Shown: positions 16,637 through 27,000 of the stretch, in pieces
How the letters are laid out: the number at the start of each line of letters is the position of its first letter
Numbering within the stretch: position 1 is the stretch's first letter
Assembly: GCA_008080945.1 (NCBI GenBank)
Contig: VMDH01000034.1
Coordinates: 1 to 63,354, forward strand
DNA length: 63,354 nt
Direction: 5' to 3'
Source: Gammaproteobacteria bacterium
GTDB taxonomy: Bacteria; Pseudomonadota; Gammaproteobacteria; Magnimaribacterales; D2472
Made by a program: the position numbers and the translations under genes
The notes under the pieces: generated by a model
Told to the model about the DNA's origin: nothing
Database searches by the model: none
Seen by the model: the letters and a program-made list of their open reading frames with translations, nothing else

Positions 16637-19441
16637 TTAAGAATATTTTTTAATGCTTTCCTCGAGAGATTCTTTCTCTTGGACTAATTCTTGTAATTGC
16701 TCTTGCTGATTAGTTACGACATTTTTGGGAGCCTTGCTGATAAAATCTTCGTTCGCTAACTTCTTCTCGATGGAGCTTATTTTTTCCTGTATTTTTTCTA
16801 GCTTATTTTTGAGAGAACTGAGCACATCATCAAAACTAAAGTTTTCAGGTAAAACTAACTGACACTTTTCACCAGCAATCAAAATATTCATTGCTTTAGA
16901 ATGTTTATCAAGATCTTTTGAGTATATATCAGCAATACCGCACATTTTATTGAACGATGCCTTGAGAATATTGATGGAGTTGAACAAACGCTTGGGTGCA
17001 GTTGGGGGTATGTTGAGGTCTAAGGTGATTTTATTATCAAAATTCAAGTCGTTTCTAGTAGCTCTAACAGAAGCGATGCAATCAATTATGTCGTCTAAGA
17101 AAGGGTTTATATTATTCTTTGCAATTTCTCGTTGCTGAGGCATTCCAGAATCTACTAAAAAATCTGGAAAGGATTCTGACTGCAACTTTTTAAGATTTCT
17201 AAAGACTTGTTCTGTTATAAATGGCATAAATGGATGAGCTAATTTAACTATATCCTCCAAATTTGCAATGAGACCACCTATTAAAGCCGATTGCTCCAAA
17301 TGATTTGCTTGCGATAGTTGATTTTTTGTAAGCTCAATATACCAATCACAATATTTTGACCAGATCAGTTCATATAGTTCATTCGATGCAAGATCAAATC
17401 TGTAGTTTTCAATATGTTGAGTTATGGCGTTTGTGGATTTAACAATTTGTTCATGCATCCAAATATTTAGAGGATGCTCAAAAGGATTCATTGCTAAATC
17501 TTTCTCGTAGCCGTATTTATCAATTTGGAACCCAATGAAGTGCATAGCATTCCAAATCTTGTTGCAAAAGTTTTTAAAGCCGCTGATCCTGCCAATATCA
17601 AAATTTATGTCTCTTCCTGGAGCAGCAAGCGAATAAAAGGTGAACCTAAGGGCATCTGTTCCATAGGAATCTATACCATTTGGAAATTGCTTTTGAGTAG
17701 CAGTAATAATTTTTTCTTCTAGCTGCGGCTGCATCAGTCCAAAGGTTCTTTTTCGAATAAGTTCCTCTAGCGAGATTCCATCAATTAGATCAATGGGATC
17801 TAGAATATTTCCTTTAGATTTTGACATCTTCTGCCCATTTTCATCTCTGATAAGACCTGTAATAAATATTTCTTTGAAGGGGATTTCCTTCATGAAATAC
17901 ATGGTCATCATTATCATTCTTGCAACCCAGAAGAAGATAATGTCAAAACCCGTCACTAAAGTTGAGGTAGGATGGAATAATGCGAGCCTATCTGTCTCTT
18001 TTGGCCAACCCAGGGTAGCAAAAGTCCATAGGCTTGATGAAAACCATGTATCAAGCACATCTTCATCCTGTTTAAGAGGGCCCTTGATTCCATATTTCTC
18101 TCTTACATGCTCTTCTGAATTGCCAGCAAAGGCATTGCCATCATCATCAAACCATATCGGGATACGATGTCCCCACCATAGCTGCCTGCTGATGCACCAA
18201 TCTTGAATATTCTCCATCCATTGAAAGTAAGTTTTTTCCCAATTTTTTGGAACAAACTTTATCTCACCATTTTTAACCGCTTGAATGGCAGGCTTTGCAA
18301 GTGATTTGGCATCAACATACCATTGTTTAGTTAACAAAGGCTCCAATATTTCATTAGATCTATCACCTATGGGGAGTTTAATATTGTGATCATCCTCTCC
18401 GACGAGCGCACTGCATGTACGCAATTCTTCAAGAAGATTTTCTCGAGCCACAAATCTTTCCATGCCTTTAAATTTATCAGGAACCTCTCCCTGCAGACAT
18501 GCATCTTTGTCCATAATTGATATTGGTAAAAATTTAGACTCATCTCCAATACTTGCTTCTCCAGATTCTTTAAGATGCAAGCCATGCCTTTGTCCTACCT
18601 CATAATCATTAAAGTCATGACCAGGAGTGATCTTGACAACGCCTGTGCCAAACTCACTATCAACATAAGTATCGGCAATGATCGGTATTGATCTATTAGC
18701 CACAGGAATGATGGCTTTTTGCCCAATATAGCTTGAATATCTATCATCGTTTGGATTAACAGCAAGCGCCATATCTCCAAATAGAGTTTCTGGTCTGGTT
18801 GTAGCAACTTGCAGGCAGTCATTGGAATCCTCTATGGCATAACTAATAGTCCAAATCTTTCCAACCTTTTCTTCATTTAGTACTTCTAAGTCAGAAAGAG
18901 ATGTTTGTAATTTAGGATCCCAGTTGACCAGCCTATAACCTTGATAGATCAATCCAGCATCAAATAATTCTATAAAAGCATGCTGTACTGCATGCTCATA
19001 ATCTTCATCACAAGTAAATCTTTCATGTTCCCAGTCAAGGCTGCCACCAAGTCTTCTTAACTGCTGGGTAATAGTATTACCTGATTGATTTTTCCAATCC
19101 CAAACTTTTTCGATAAATTTCTCTCTACCTAGGTCAGTTTTAGAGATACCATCTTTTGCTAGCAATCGTTCAACAACCATTTCAGTTGCTATGCCTGCAT
19201 GGTCTGTACCAACCTGCCATAGAGACGCAAAACCTTGCATCTTCTTAAATCTAATAAGGCAATCCATAATGGCGTTTTGAAATCCATGCCCCATATGAAG
19301 TGTGCCTGTCACATTTGGGGGAGGAATCATTAATGAAAATGTACCGGGCTTATCTCCGGGGGCAAAGGCACGCTTTTCTTCCCACTCATGATAAAGAGAT
19401 TCCTCAATATCTTTAGGCAGATAGGGACTCTTTTTTGACAT
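16637..19441 (-). CDS. valS: Valyl-tRNA synthetase
   Basis: 934-aa class I aaRS with PPPNVTGTLHMGHG (HIGH), KMSKSKGN (KMSKS), an editing domain and a C-terminal coiled coil. Confidence 0.97.
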   Translation of the reverse strand: MSKKSPYLPKDIEESLYHEWEEKRAFAPGDKPGTFSLMIPPPNVTGTLHMGHGFQNAIMDCLIRFKKMQGFASLWQVGTDHAGIATEMVVERLLAKDGISKTDLGREKFIEKVWDWKNQSGNTITQQLRRLGGSLDWEHERFTCDEDYEHAVQHAFIELFDAGLIYQGYRLVNWDPKLQTSLSDLEVLNEEKVGKIWTISYAIEDSNDCLQVATTRPETLFGDMALAVNPNDDRYSSYIGQKAIIPVANRSIPIIADTYVDSEFGTGVVKITPGHDFNDYEVGQRHGLHLKESGEASIGDESKFLPISIMDKDACLQGEVPDKFKGMERFVARENLLEELRTCSALVGEDDHNIKLPIGDRSNEILEPLLTKQWYVDAKSLAKPAIQAVKNGEIKFVPKNWEKTYFQWMENIQDWCISRQLWWGHRIPIWFDDDGNAFAGNSEEHVREKYGIKGPLKQDEDVLDTWFSSSLWTFATLGWPKETDRLALFHPTSTLVTGFDIIFFWVARMIMMTMYFMKEIPFKEIFITGLIRDENGQKMSKSKGNILDPIDLIDGISLEELIRKRTFGLMQPQLEEKIITATQKQFPNGIDSYGTDALRFTFYSLAAPGRDINFDIGRISGFKNFCNKIWNAMHFIGFQIDKYGYEKDLAMNPFEHPLNIWMHEQIVKSTNAITQHIENYRFDLASNELYELIWSKYCDWYIELTKNQLSQANHLEQSALIGGLIANLEDIVKLAHPFMPFITEQVFRNLKKLQSESFPDFLVDSGMPQQREIAKNNINPFLDDIIDCIASVRATRNDLNFDNKITLDLNIPPTAPKRLFNSINILKASFNKMCGIADIYSKDLDKHSKAMNILIAGEKCQLVLPENFSFDDVLSSLKNKLEKIQEKISSIEKKLANEDFISKAPKNVVTNQQEQLQELVQEKESLEESIKKYS

Positions 19442-19446
19442 AGGTA

Positions 19447-20934
19447 CTATTTCAATAACATCTCAGCAAGTAAAGGGACAGGTCTGCCAGTGGCGCCTTT
19501 TTTGGGACCAGTAATCCAAGCTGTTCCGGCAATATCTAAATGAGCCCAGGAATAATCTTGCGTAAAATTTGATAAAAAACATGCAGCATGAACTGTCCCA
19601 GCTTCTCTTCCGCCACCAATATTTGCTAAGTCTGCAAAATTGGTTTTAGTGCAAACTTGGTACTCATCCCATAGAGGTAGTTGCCAAGCTCTGTCACCCG
19701 CATCTTCTCCAGCTGCAAGCAATTTATCTGCAAGTTTTTGGTCATTTGCCATTAGTCCAGAGGCATGTTTCCCTAGTGCAACAACGCATGCTCCAGTTAG
19801 GGTAGCAATGTCTACGACATAGGATGGCTTAAATTTTTTAACATAAGTTAGTGCATCACATAGAACAAGACGTCCCTCTGCATCTGTATTCAAGATTTCT
19901 ATTGTTTGTCCAGACATTGATGTCACCACATCACCAGGTTTTGTAGCTTTGCTAGATGGCATATTTTCAGCACAAGCCATAATCCCAACTACATTCACTT
20001 TTGCTTTAAGTCTGGCAATTGTTTGCATAACTCCAAATACAGAAGCTGCTCCACACATATCCCACTTCATTTCATCCATAGACCCGCTCGGTTTTAGAGA
20101 AATTCCCCCAGTATCAAAAGTTATCCCCTTACCAACAAACACCGCAGGCTTATCATTTTTATTACCGCCTTTGTATTCAATGATAAGCATTCGTGGAGGC
20201 TCAATACTTCCTTTTGCTACTGACATATATGAGCCCATACCAAGTTTAGTAAGGTCTTTTTCATTAAGTGAACTGATCTTTAGTGTTGGAAAATCTTTTT
20301 TTAGAGCTTTAGTTTTGCTTTCAATGATTTTAGGAGTACAGTGATTTGCAGGCATATCACCAAGATACTTTGCTGCATTCATACCTTCACCAATTGCAAA
20401 ACCAATTGCAGTGGAATTTTTTAATGTGCTCGCATCTTTTTTATGTGAATCATCTACCAAAAAAGTTACTTTTTTTAGAGAATTTAATTTCTTGGTTTTG
20501 TTTTTTGTAGCATTGAATGAGTAGGCTGCCGACTCACAGGTTCTTGCAGCGATTTCAACCAATTTTGGAGAACTGGCTAGTTCAGCGTTTAAAACAATGC
20601 ACAGATCTTTGCAATTATTGGAAATAGCGTCTAAAACTAAGGAGGAAAAATAGTTTACCCACTTAAAAGTAGGGTCATTCTTGCTTGGCTGAGGTGAAAT
20701 ATGCAAAAGCCCAGCTTTGGAATTATTAGAAACTGTAATTACTTTTTTTGACTTTCCAGCATTAATAACCTTCAGGGGTTGATTCAATTCAGGAAGGTTT
20801 TTTATTAAAAAGGTAGGCAGATTAGTTTTCTTACCTTTTGATTCACAAGGCACAGTCAGCATATCTGTTACTACTGATTTGTAGTTATCTTTGATAATTT
20901 TTAAAGTAATTGAGTTTAAAACTTTGTAAGCCAT
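19447..20934 (-). CDS. pepA: Leucyl (cytosol) aminopeptidase, M17
   Basis: 495 aa with [30 protein letters not shown] and ATLTGAC. Divergent from lptF as in E. coli/Pseudomonas. Confidence 0.93.
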   Translation of the reverse strand: MAYKVLNSITLKIIKDNYKSVVTDMLTVPCESKGKKTNLPTFLIKNLPELNQPLKVINAGKSKKVITVSNNSKAGLLHISPQPSKNDPTFKWVNYFSSLVLDAISNNCKDLCIVLNAELASSPKLVEIAARTCESAAYSFNATKNKTKKLNSLKKVTFLVDDSHKKDASTLKNSTAIGFAIGEGMNAAKYLGDMPANHCTPKIIESKTKALKKDFPTLKISSLNEKDLTKLGMGSYMSVAKGSIEPPRMLIIEYKGGNKNDKPAVFVGKGITFDTGGISLKPSGSMDEMKWDMCGAASVFGVMQTIARLKAKVNVVGIMACAENMPSSKATKPGDVVTSMSGQTIEILNTDAEGRLVLCDALTYVKKFKPSYVVDIATLTGACVVALGKHASGLMANDQKLADKLLAAGEDAGDRAWQLPLWDEYQVCTKTNFADLANIGGGREAGTVHAACFLSNFTQDYSWAHLDIAGTAWITGPKKGATGRPVPLLAEMLLK

Positions 20935-20994
20935 TTTGTCTCCTAGCTATCTAAACATTTAAGTTGTATTGTAATCTATAGCAAATAGTTAAAC

Positions 20995-22125
20995 ATGTTG
21001 TATACACAAAATATTTTTAACGATTATCTCAATCGTAATATTTTTAGAGTATTTCTGCTCACTTCAACAGGAATGCTATTTTTTTTACTATTTTCAAGAT
21101 CAATACAGCTATTTGAAAAAGCGGCCGCTGATCTGCTTGATCCACTTATAGCATTAAAAATCTTAGTATTAAGAATACCTGACTTTCTTACCTTCATAAT
21201 ACCCATCTCTTTTTTTGTTAGCTTATTAGTGAATTTAGGCTCTCTTTATAGAAACAATGGTTACTTAATATTTTTTAGTGCTGGCAAATCAAATACCTAT
21301 CTATTTAGAACAATTTTTGGGCAGGGCGCCTTAATACTCTTTTGTTTGCTTAGTCTAGGGTTATTGGTAGCTCCAATTTCAAAACCGCTTGCTGAATCCT
21401 TATACGTTAATCAAGGTATAGAGCATAGGCTTGAGCTGCTTAGCTCAAATAGAATCCATAATATTAATCAAAGTTCTAAATTTACATTTCAATCAAGAGG
21501 AAGCCAACATAACTCATTTAAGGGCGTCACCTTTTTCTCAATTCAAGACTCTGGTGCTTTAATTATTTCTTCTGAAGAGATGACGACCGCCATCAAAAAT
21601 AAAAAACTTTATTTAGATTTTCGCAAGGGCAGCATTTTAATTGATTCATTTGACTCTCAGTCCTCAATAAGCTTTGACAAACACACAACGCATCTCAATC
21701 TTGAAGAAGAATTAAGTTTAGCTCCATCATTCAGAAAAATATTGGATTCAGATGATCAGTTAGGTTTTAGCCAAGAGCAGTGGAATTACAGTTTTATTTT
21801 ATTATTTCTTAATCTATTTCTTTTTGCCTTTGCTTTTTCTCAAACCAGACCAAGGGAGTCTAATAACCAGAAGTTTGTTCTGGCAGGCTTACTATTTCTT
21901 ATATATTTAACATTCCTCATTGCATACAGGAATAGTTACACGGAGTCCTCAAATGCATTGCTTTATTTGGCGCTTTGGCCTATTCATGCTGGATTTAGCG
22001 CATTGGGTTTATTAATACTATTTAAATCCAGTATTCTTAGGAATCTAAATATTTTCAACAACCCTATAAGCAAATTTATTATCTACATATCCATGGCATT
22101 TTTATTTCTTTGGTTAATCTTCTAA
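20995..22125 (+). CDS. lptF: LPS export ABC permease LptF (YjgP family)
   Basis: 376-aa polytopic protein with N-terminal LNRNIFRVFLLT and a central periplasmic domain. Conserved position divergent from pepA, followed by lptG. Confidence 0.8.
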   Translation: MLYTQNIFNDYLNRNIFRVFLLTSTGMLFFLLFSRSIQLFEKAAADLLDPLIALKILVLRIPDFLTFIIPISFFVSLLVNLGSLYRNNGYLIFFSAGKSNTYLFRTIFGQGALILFCLLSLGLLVAPISKPLAESLYVNQGIEHRLELLSSNRIHNINQSSKFTFQSRGSQHNSFKGVTFFSIQDSGALIISSEEMTTAIKNKKLYLDFRKGSILIDSFDSQSSISFDKHTTHLNLEEELSLAPSFRKILDSDDQLGFSQEQWNYSFILLFLNLFLFAFAFSQTRPRESNNQKFVLAGLLFLIYLTFLIAYRNSYTESSNALLYLALWPIHAGFSALGLLILFKSSILRNLNIFNNPISKFIIYISMAFLFLWLIF

Positions 22126-22955
22126 TGGGCCTAACGAAATTTATTTCTCACCTCTTTAAAACAACCATTGTTTTAGTCGTGTTAGTTATGGTGTTTTTAT
22201 TGGCAATAGATTTGATTATTCAGTTGAGCGAGGAGCTCAATAATAAAAGCCAAACTAATGCTCTTGCTACTGTCTTGGGCTTGATCAAGGATCTTGATCA
22301 AAGAAGCTTATATTTTATTGAAGCTGCCATTATTATTGGTTGCGCTTTATCTATTTCTCTTCTTCATCAAGCAAATACCTTGAATCTGCTGAGAATGCTT
22401 GGCCTTAGCCCCCAAAGGATTATCCTTTACATTGCTTTATTGCCTTGTATGTTTGCAGGGATATGGATCTTCATTAATCAAAATGCTTATGAGTCCAAGA
22501 TAGATTTAAGCCAAGATGCTCAGTTTATTGGAGACAATAAAATTCTGGTCGATCTTCCCGCCAAAAACCAAGTATTTCTTTATGAAATTAATGCTGAGAA
22601 GAGCATTTTAAGGAGCGTGGTTGAAGATAAAAGTCTTTTTGAAACAGCCTTAGTAAATCAATCCAAAGAACTTGCAAGCTATCGCTCTGATCTTGAAGGG
22701 CAGGTAGATATCTTAATACCTCTTACAAGCTTAATCTTAATTTACTTTATAGGATCGTTAAGCTTTGTATCCAAAAGAAATATTACTACCGGGGGAATGA
22801 TAGCCATAAGTTTAGGGATAGCTTTCACTCTCACTCTGATAAAGAATCTACTAATTTCCCTAAGCATCATATTGAATTTTTCTCCGGTATTATTGATTGC
22901 CTTGTTAGGGATAGCTTTATTTTTATTTGCCAATCAAAGATTCAAAGCTTTATAA
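22125..22955 (+). CDS. lptG: LPS export ABC permease LptG (YjgQ family), shortened
   Basis: I chose the ATG at 22125 (TAATG overlap with lptF) over the TTG at 22110. N-terminus MGLTKFISHLFKTTI parallels E. coli L.RYIGKTIF. 276 aa versus ~360 aa, and the periplasmic insert is only ~75 aa. Confidence 0.7.
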   Translation: MGLTKFISHLFKTTIVLVVLVMVFLLAIDLIIQLSEELNNKSQTNALATVLGLIKDLDQRSLYFIEAAIIIGCALSISLLHQANTLNLLRMLGLSPQRIILYIALLPCMFAGIWIFINQNAYESKIDLSQDAQFIGDNKILVDLPAKNQVFLYEINAEKSILRSVVEDKSLFETALVNQSKELASYRSDLEGQVDILIPLTSLILIYFIGSLSFVSKRNITTGGMIAISLGIAFTLTLIKNLLISLSIILNFSPVLLIALLGIALFLFANQRFKAL

Positions 22956-23352
22956 GCTTAGTTTTAGATAGCTTATCAGCAAGTGTTAAGCCATCTTTGT
23001 CAAAAAAACTGAAGAGCAGCAAAGTTCCTAGGCTAAGAAAAGTACAACCAACTATCAGCAATCTCACAAACGATGCTTTTAAACTTATTTTGCTTCCTTC
23101 TAGTGGGACCAATTTAATTTTCCACACGCTCATCCCCAGAGTCTGACCAGTCTTGTTCCAAAAATAACCAAAAAATAACCATGCACTTAGAAATGCAATC
23201 AACAGGCCTGCATAAGGAGGAAGTATTTCTCTTGAATTTAAAACAAGAAAGAAAGATCCCACAAAAAACCAAACACCTAGCAATAGAAAAAAATCATATA
23301 TTCCTGCAATAAGTCTTCTTAAAATCAATCGTTCTTTAGTTTCATTCAACAT
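22942..23352 (-). CDS. RDD-family membrane protein
   Basis: 136 aa. N-terminal RRLIAGIYDFFLL followed by three hydrophobic helices. A small RDD protein also follows lptG in Pseudomonas. Confidence 0.6.
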   Translation of the reverse strand: MLNETKERLILRRLIAGIYDFFLLLGVWFFVGSFFLVLNSREILPPYAGLLIAFLSAWLFFGYFWNKTGQTLGMSVWKIKLVPLEGSKISLKASFVRLLIVGCTFLSLGTLLLFSFFDKDGLTLADKLSKTKLIKL

Positions 23353-23387
23353 TTTGAGCTATCATTATAAAAACAAAAGAGACTTTC

Positions 23388-24863
23388 ATGAGTAATTCAA
23401 ATACATTTTTTGGTCATCCAATAGGATTAAAGACATTATTTTTAACTGAAATGTGGGAAAGAATGTCTTACTATGGAATGCGAGCTCTGCTTGTCCTCTA
23501 TATGACAGGCGCTATTACAGGTTTTAATCCAGGTCTTGGTTGGTCCCAAGTTGAAGCGCAAGCAATTTATGGAATTTATGTTGGGTTGGTTTATTTCATG
23601 GTGGTCCCTGGAGGTTGGCTTGCAGATAATATACTGGGTCATCAAAAAGCTGTCTTAATTGGAGCAATTATTATTGCGCTTGGGCACTATACTTTAGCTA
23701 TTCCAATTACACAGACTTTCTTTCTAGGGTTGCTGTTAGTCGTCCTTGGTACTGGTCTCTTAAAGGGCAATATTTCAACTATCGTAGGCAAACTTTATGA
23801 TGCCGGCCAAGATGGCAAAAGGGATTCCGGGTATACCATTTTTTATATGTCTATCAATATCGGATCTACTTTGGGATTTTTAGTATGTTCATTCCTTGGT
23901 GAAAAAATTGGCTGGCATTGGGGCTTTGGCGCAGCAGGGATAGGAATGACATTTGGCGTTATTCAATTTATTAAATCAAGACATTTGCTTGGCGATGCAG
24001 GAGCAGCTCCAAATGACATGGACGATGCCAAGCGAGCCAAACTTATCAATTATTCTAGAGTAACTCTTATAGGTATGTTCTTTGTTATTGCTGCAGGATT
24101 GCTTGGATTTTTTACTATTGATCCACGATATTTTGCTGAACAGTTTGCATACTTCTTAACCATTGTAGCGGGGCTCTATTTTCTTTATTTATTTATATTT
24201 GCAGGCCTTACTGCTACTGAGCGTAGGAATTTAATTCTTCTCTTTGTTTTGTTTGTTGGTGCTGCAGCATTCTGGTCAGGGTTTGATCAATCTGCAGGAT
24301 CATTAAATATCTTTGCCAGAGACTATACTGATCTTAGTGTTGCCGGCTACATTATTCCCGTAGGATGGCTGCAATTCTTTAATCCAATATTTGTGGTGGT
24401 CTTTGCCCCCATCTTTGCAGGAGTATGGGCAAATCTAGCTGCGCGCAATCTTGATCCTTCTTTGCCGATTAAGTTCGCTATCGGGCTTTTATTTATGGGG
24501 CTTAGCTTTGTTGTGATGTTAGTAGCAGTTGAATTGGCAATGAAAAGTTCTCCCGTTGGTATGCAATGGCTAGTATTAACTTATTTATTCCAAACTTGGG
24601 GGGAGCTTGCTCTATCACCTATTGGGCTTTCGGCATTTTCTAGATATTCACCCAAAAAGTATGTGGGTCAAATGTTTGGATTATGGTTTCTAGCTAGTGC
24701 AATTGGTGGAGTGCTTGCCGGTCTTCTTGGTGGAGAAGCTTTAGGCGAGGGACTAGATTCTATTTCGCCAGTATTTAACTTTATGATTAAGTATTACTTA
24801 GTGATTGCTGTAATTTTAATTGTCCTATCGTTTGTAATTAAAGCAAAACCTAAAGAAACTTAG
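23388..24863 (+). CDS. Proton-dependent di/tripeptide transporter (POT/PTR2 family)
   Basis: 491 aa with the PTR2 signature FLTEMWERMSYYGMRALLVLYM and GGWLADNILGHQKAV. About 14 TM segments. Confidence 0.9.
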   Translation: MSNSNTFFGHPIGLKTLFLTEMWERMSYYGMRALLVLYMTGAITGFNPGLGWSQVEAQAIYGIYVGLVYFMVVPGGWLADNILGHQKAVLIGAIIIALGHYTLAIPITQTFFLGLLLVVLGTGLLKGNISTIVGKLYDAGQDGKRDSGYTIFYMSINIGSTLGFLVCSFLGEKIGWHWGFGAAGIGMTFGVIQFIKSRHLLGDAGAAPNDMDDAKRAKLINYSRVTLIGMFFVIAAGLLGFFTIDPRYFAEQFAYFLTIVAGLYFLYLFIFAGLTATERRNLILLFVLFVGAAAFWSGFDQSAGSLNIFARDYTDLSVAGYIIPVGWLQFFNPIFVVVFAPIFAGVWANLAARNLDPSLPIKFAIGLLFMGLSFVVMLVAVELAMKSSPVGMQWLVLTYLFQTWGELALSPIGLSAFSRYSPKKYVGQMFGLWFLASAIGGVLAGLLGGEALGEGLDSISPVFNFMIKYYLVIAVILIVLSFVIKAKPKET

Positions 24864-25984
24864 AGCATCTCTTTTAAGACAGCTAAATAGACTTCTTCTA
24901 ATTTCTTTAGATCCTTAAGAGATATTTGTTCATTAATTTTATGAATGGTTTTATTTAATGGACCCAATTCAATAGTTTGAGTACCCATGGGCGCAATCCA
25001 TCTTCCATCAGATGTTCCGCCACCATTATCAATGATAGCTTCCTCACCGTTTACCTTAAGAAGTGCAGCTTGAATAATATTGATGAAATCCTCTTCTTTT
25101 GTGTAGTAAGGCTCGGCATTTTGTACCCAGGTAATTGAATGCTCTATCTTCAAATCATTTAGAATTTTAGCCACACTATCTTTTAAATTTTTGGAAGTGT
25201 TTTCAGGAGAAAATCTAAAGTTAAATACCATCTCAAGATCTCCTGGTACTACGTTTGTTGCTCCAGTACCGCTGTTAATATTTGAGATTTGGAAACTAGT
25301 GGGATCAAAATCTACATTTCCTTGATCCCATTCTTGTTCGGACATTATTTTAATAAATTCACCGCTTGCATGAATTGGGTTTTTCACCTCATTTGGATAT
25401 GCAACATGGCCCTGTTTACCATGAATCGTTAGATAGCCCGTTAAAGAACCTCTTCTTCCCCTGCGCATAACATCGCCAACGGATTTTTTGGAGCTAGCTT
25501 CTCCTACTAGACAGTAGTCTATAAATTGATTTTTACTCTGCAGATCAGCAATGAGTTTATCTATTTTGCCATCAGCTAACTCACCTTCCTCATTACTAGT
25601 CAAAAGCACCCATATTTGAAAAGGAGGGGAGGGATTATCAATTAAAAATCTTCTTGCTGCACCAATGAACGCAGCAATACTTGATTTCATATCTGCTGCG
25701 CCTCTACCAATCAATTTTTCATCAACAATCTCTCCAGCAAACGGATCAACATCCCACTGATCAATTGGGCCTGATGGCACAACATCTGTGTGACCAAGAA
25801 AGCAAAATACTTTGCCCTCAGATCCATGCTTAGCAAGCATATTCTCTACGTTTAGATAGCTTGAATATTCAACCCTAAATCCAAGTTCGGTGACTTTCTT
25901 ATCTAGGATTTTAAAGCAGCCTTTATCCTCAGGAGAGATTGATTTAATTGAGATAAGTTCTTGGGCAAGTTCTAATGTGCTCAT
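24860..25984 (-). CDS. dapE: Succinyl-diaminopimelate desuccinylase
   Basis: 374-aa M20 peptidase with GHTDVVP, GRGAADMKSS, SNEEG and GGTSDGR. ATGA overlap with dapD. Confidence 0.9.
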   Translation of the reverse strand: MSTLELAQELISIKSISPEDKGCFKILDKKVTELGFRVEYSSYLNVENMLAKHGSEGKVFCFLGHTDVVPSGPIDQWDVDPFAGEIVDEKLIGRGAADMKSSIAAFIGAARRFLIDNPSPPFQIWVLLTSNEEGELADGKIDKLIADLQSKNQFIDYCLVGEASSKKSVGDVMRRGRRGSLTGYLTIHGKQGHVAYPNEVKNPIHASGEFIKIMSEQEWDQGNVDFDPTSFQISNINSGTGATNVVPGDLEMVFNFRFSPENTSKNLKDSVAKILNDLKIEHSITWVQNAEPYYTKEEDFINIIQAALLKVNGEEAIIDNGGGTSDGRWIAPMGTQTIELGPLNKTIHKINEQISLKDLKKLEEVYLAVLKEML

Positions 25985-26988
25985 GAGTTCTTATGTAGTT
26001 CCTGATTGAGTTCAATCGATTTTTTGTTTTGAATAGCTTCAACTGAACCCGAGATGGAATTTCTTCTAAAAAGTAAATTATCTGATCCCGCTAATTCAGA
26101 GGCCTTCACCACTTTCTCTCCACTATCCAGCATGAGATTTACTTTGGTTCCGGCTGTTAAATATAGTCCAGCCTCAACAGTACAGTCATCTCCCAGTGGA
26201 ATCCCAAGCCCTGCATTGGCACCAATCAATGACCTTTTGCCTAAGGAAATCTTTATATTGTTTCCTCCTGAAAGCGTGCCCATGGTACTTGCTCCTCCTC
26301 CAATATCAGAATGAGCATCAATGGTTACTCCAGCAGAGATACGGCCTTCAATCATACACGGCCCTAAAGTGCCAGCATTAAAGTTGACGAAGCCTTCGTG
26401 CATGATTGTAGTTCCTGGGGCAAGATGGGCTCCAAGCCTCACCCTTGAGGCGTCTGCAATCCTTACATCATTGGGGACAACATAGTCAGTCATTTTGGGA
26501 AACTTATCTACTGAAAAAACGATCAATGGGTTATTGGTACCAATGCTGGATGTAAGTCTTTCGTTTATTTCAGAGGCCTTAATAGGCCCTTGATTAGTCC
26601 ATGCATTATTAGGTAATGCGCTAAATATGCCCTCTAAATTTAACGAGTTTGGTTTTGAAATAAGTTTTGAAAGAAGGTGTAATTTAAGGTAGGCACACTC
26701 TGTAGTTTCGATGGCCTCATCACTCTTTATATAAATAGCTATGTATTTTTTATTTGATGCAAGCTCAGAATCATAGTTCTTATTGTGATGCAGTTCTTTG
26801 AATACTTTTCCATCAATAACTATTGCTTTTTGACCATCAAATTTCTCTTCATTAAGAAAACTAAAAAAGGCATGCTCTTTCAATACCTCATGATATATAT
26901 CCGTATATGAGGCATCTAAAAAGTTTCCATCATTATCTATTGTTGCAATCCCAATAGCTGCTATTGGAAAGATAGAATTTGTGCTCAT
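25981..26988 (-). CDS. dapD: Tetrahydrodipicolinate N-succinyltransferase (long, Pseudomonas type)
   Basis: 335 aa. The C-terminal half is a left-handed beta-helix with hexapeptide repeats (RLGAHLAPGTTIMHEGFVNFNAGT..., IGANAGLGIPLGDDC). dapD-glnD-map synteny. Confidence 0.88.
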   Translation of the reverse strand: MSTNSIFPIAAIGIATIDNDGNFLDASYTDIYHEVLKEHAFFSFLNEEKFDGQKAIVIDGKVFKELHHNKNYDSELASNKKYIAIYIKSDEAIETTECAYLKLHLLSKLISKPNSLNLEGIFSALPNNAWTNQGPIKASEINERLTSSIGTNNPLIVFSVDKFPKMTDYVVPNDVRIADASRVRLGAHLAPGTTIMHEGFVNFNAGTLGPCMIEGRISAGVTIDAHSDIGGGASTMGTLSGGNNIKISLGKRSLIGANAGLGIPLGDDCTVEAGLYLTAGTKVNLMLDSGEKVVKASELAGSDNLLFRRNSISGSVEAIQNKKSIELNQELHKNS

Positions 26989-27000
26989 AGTGGTGGTATT

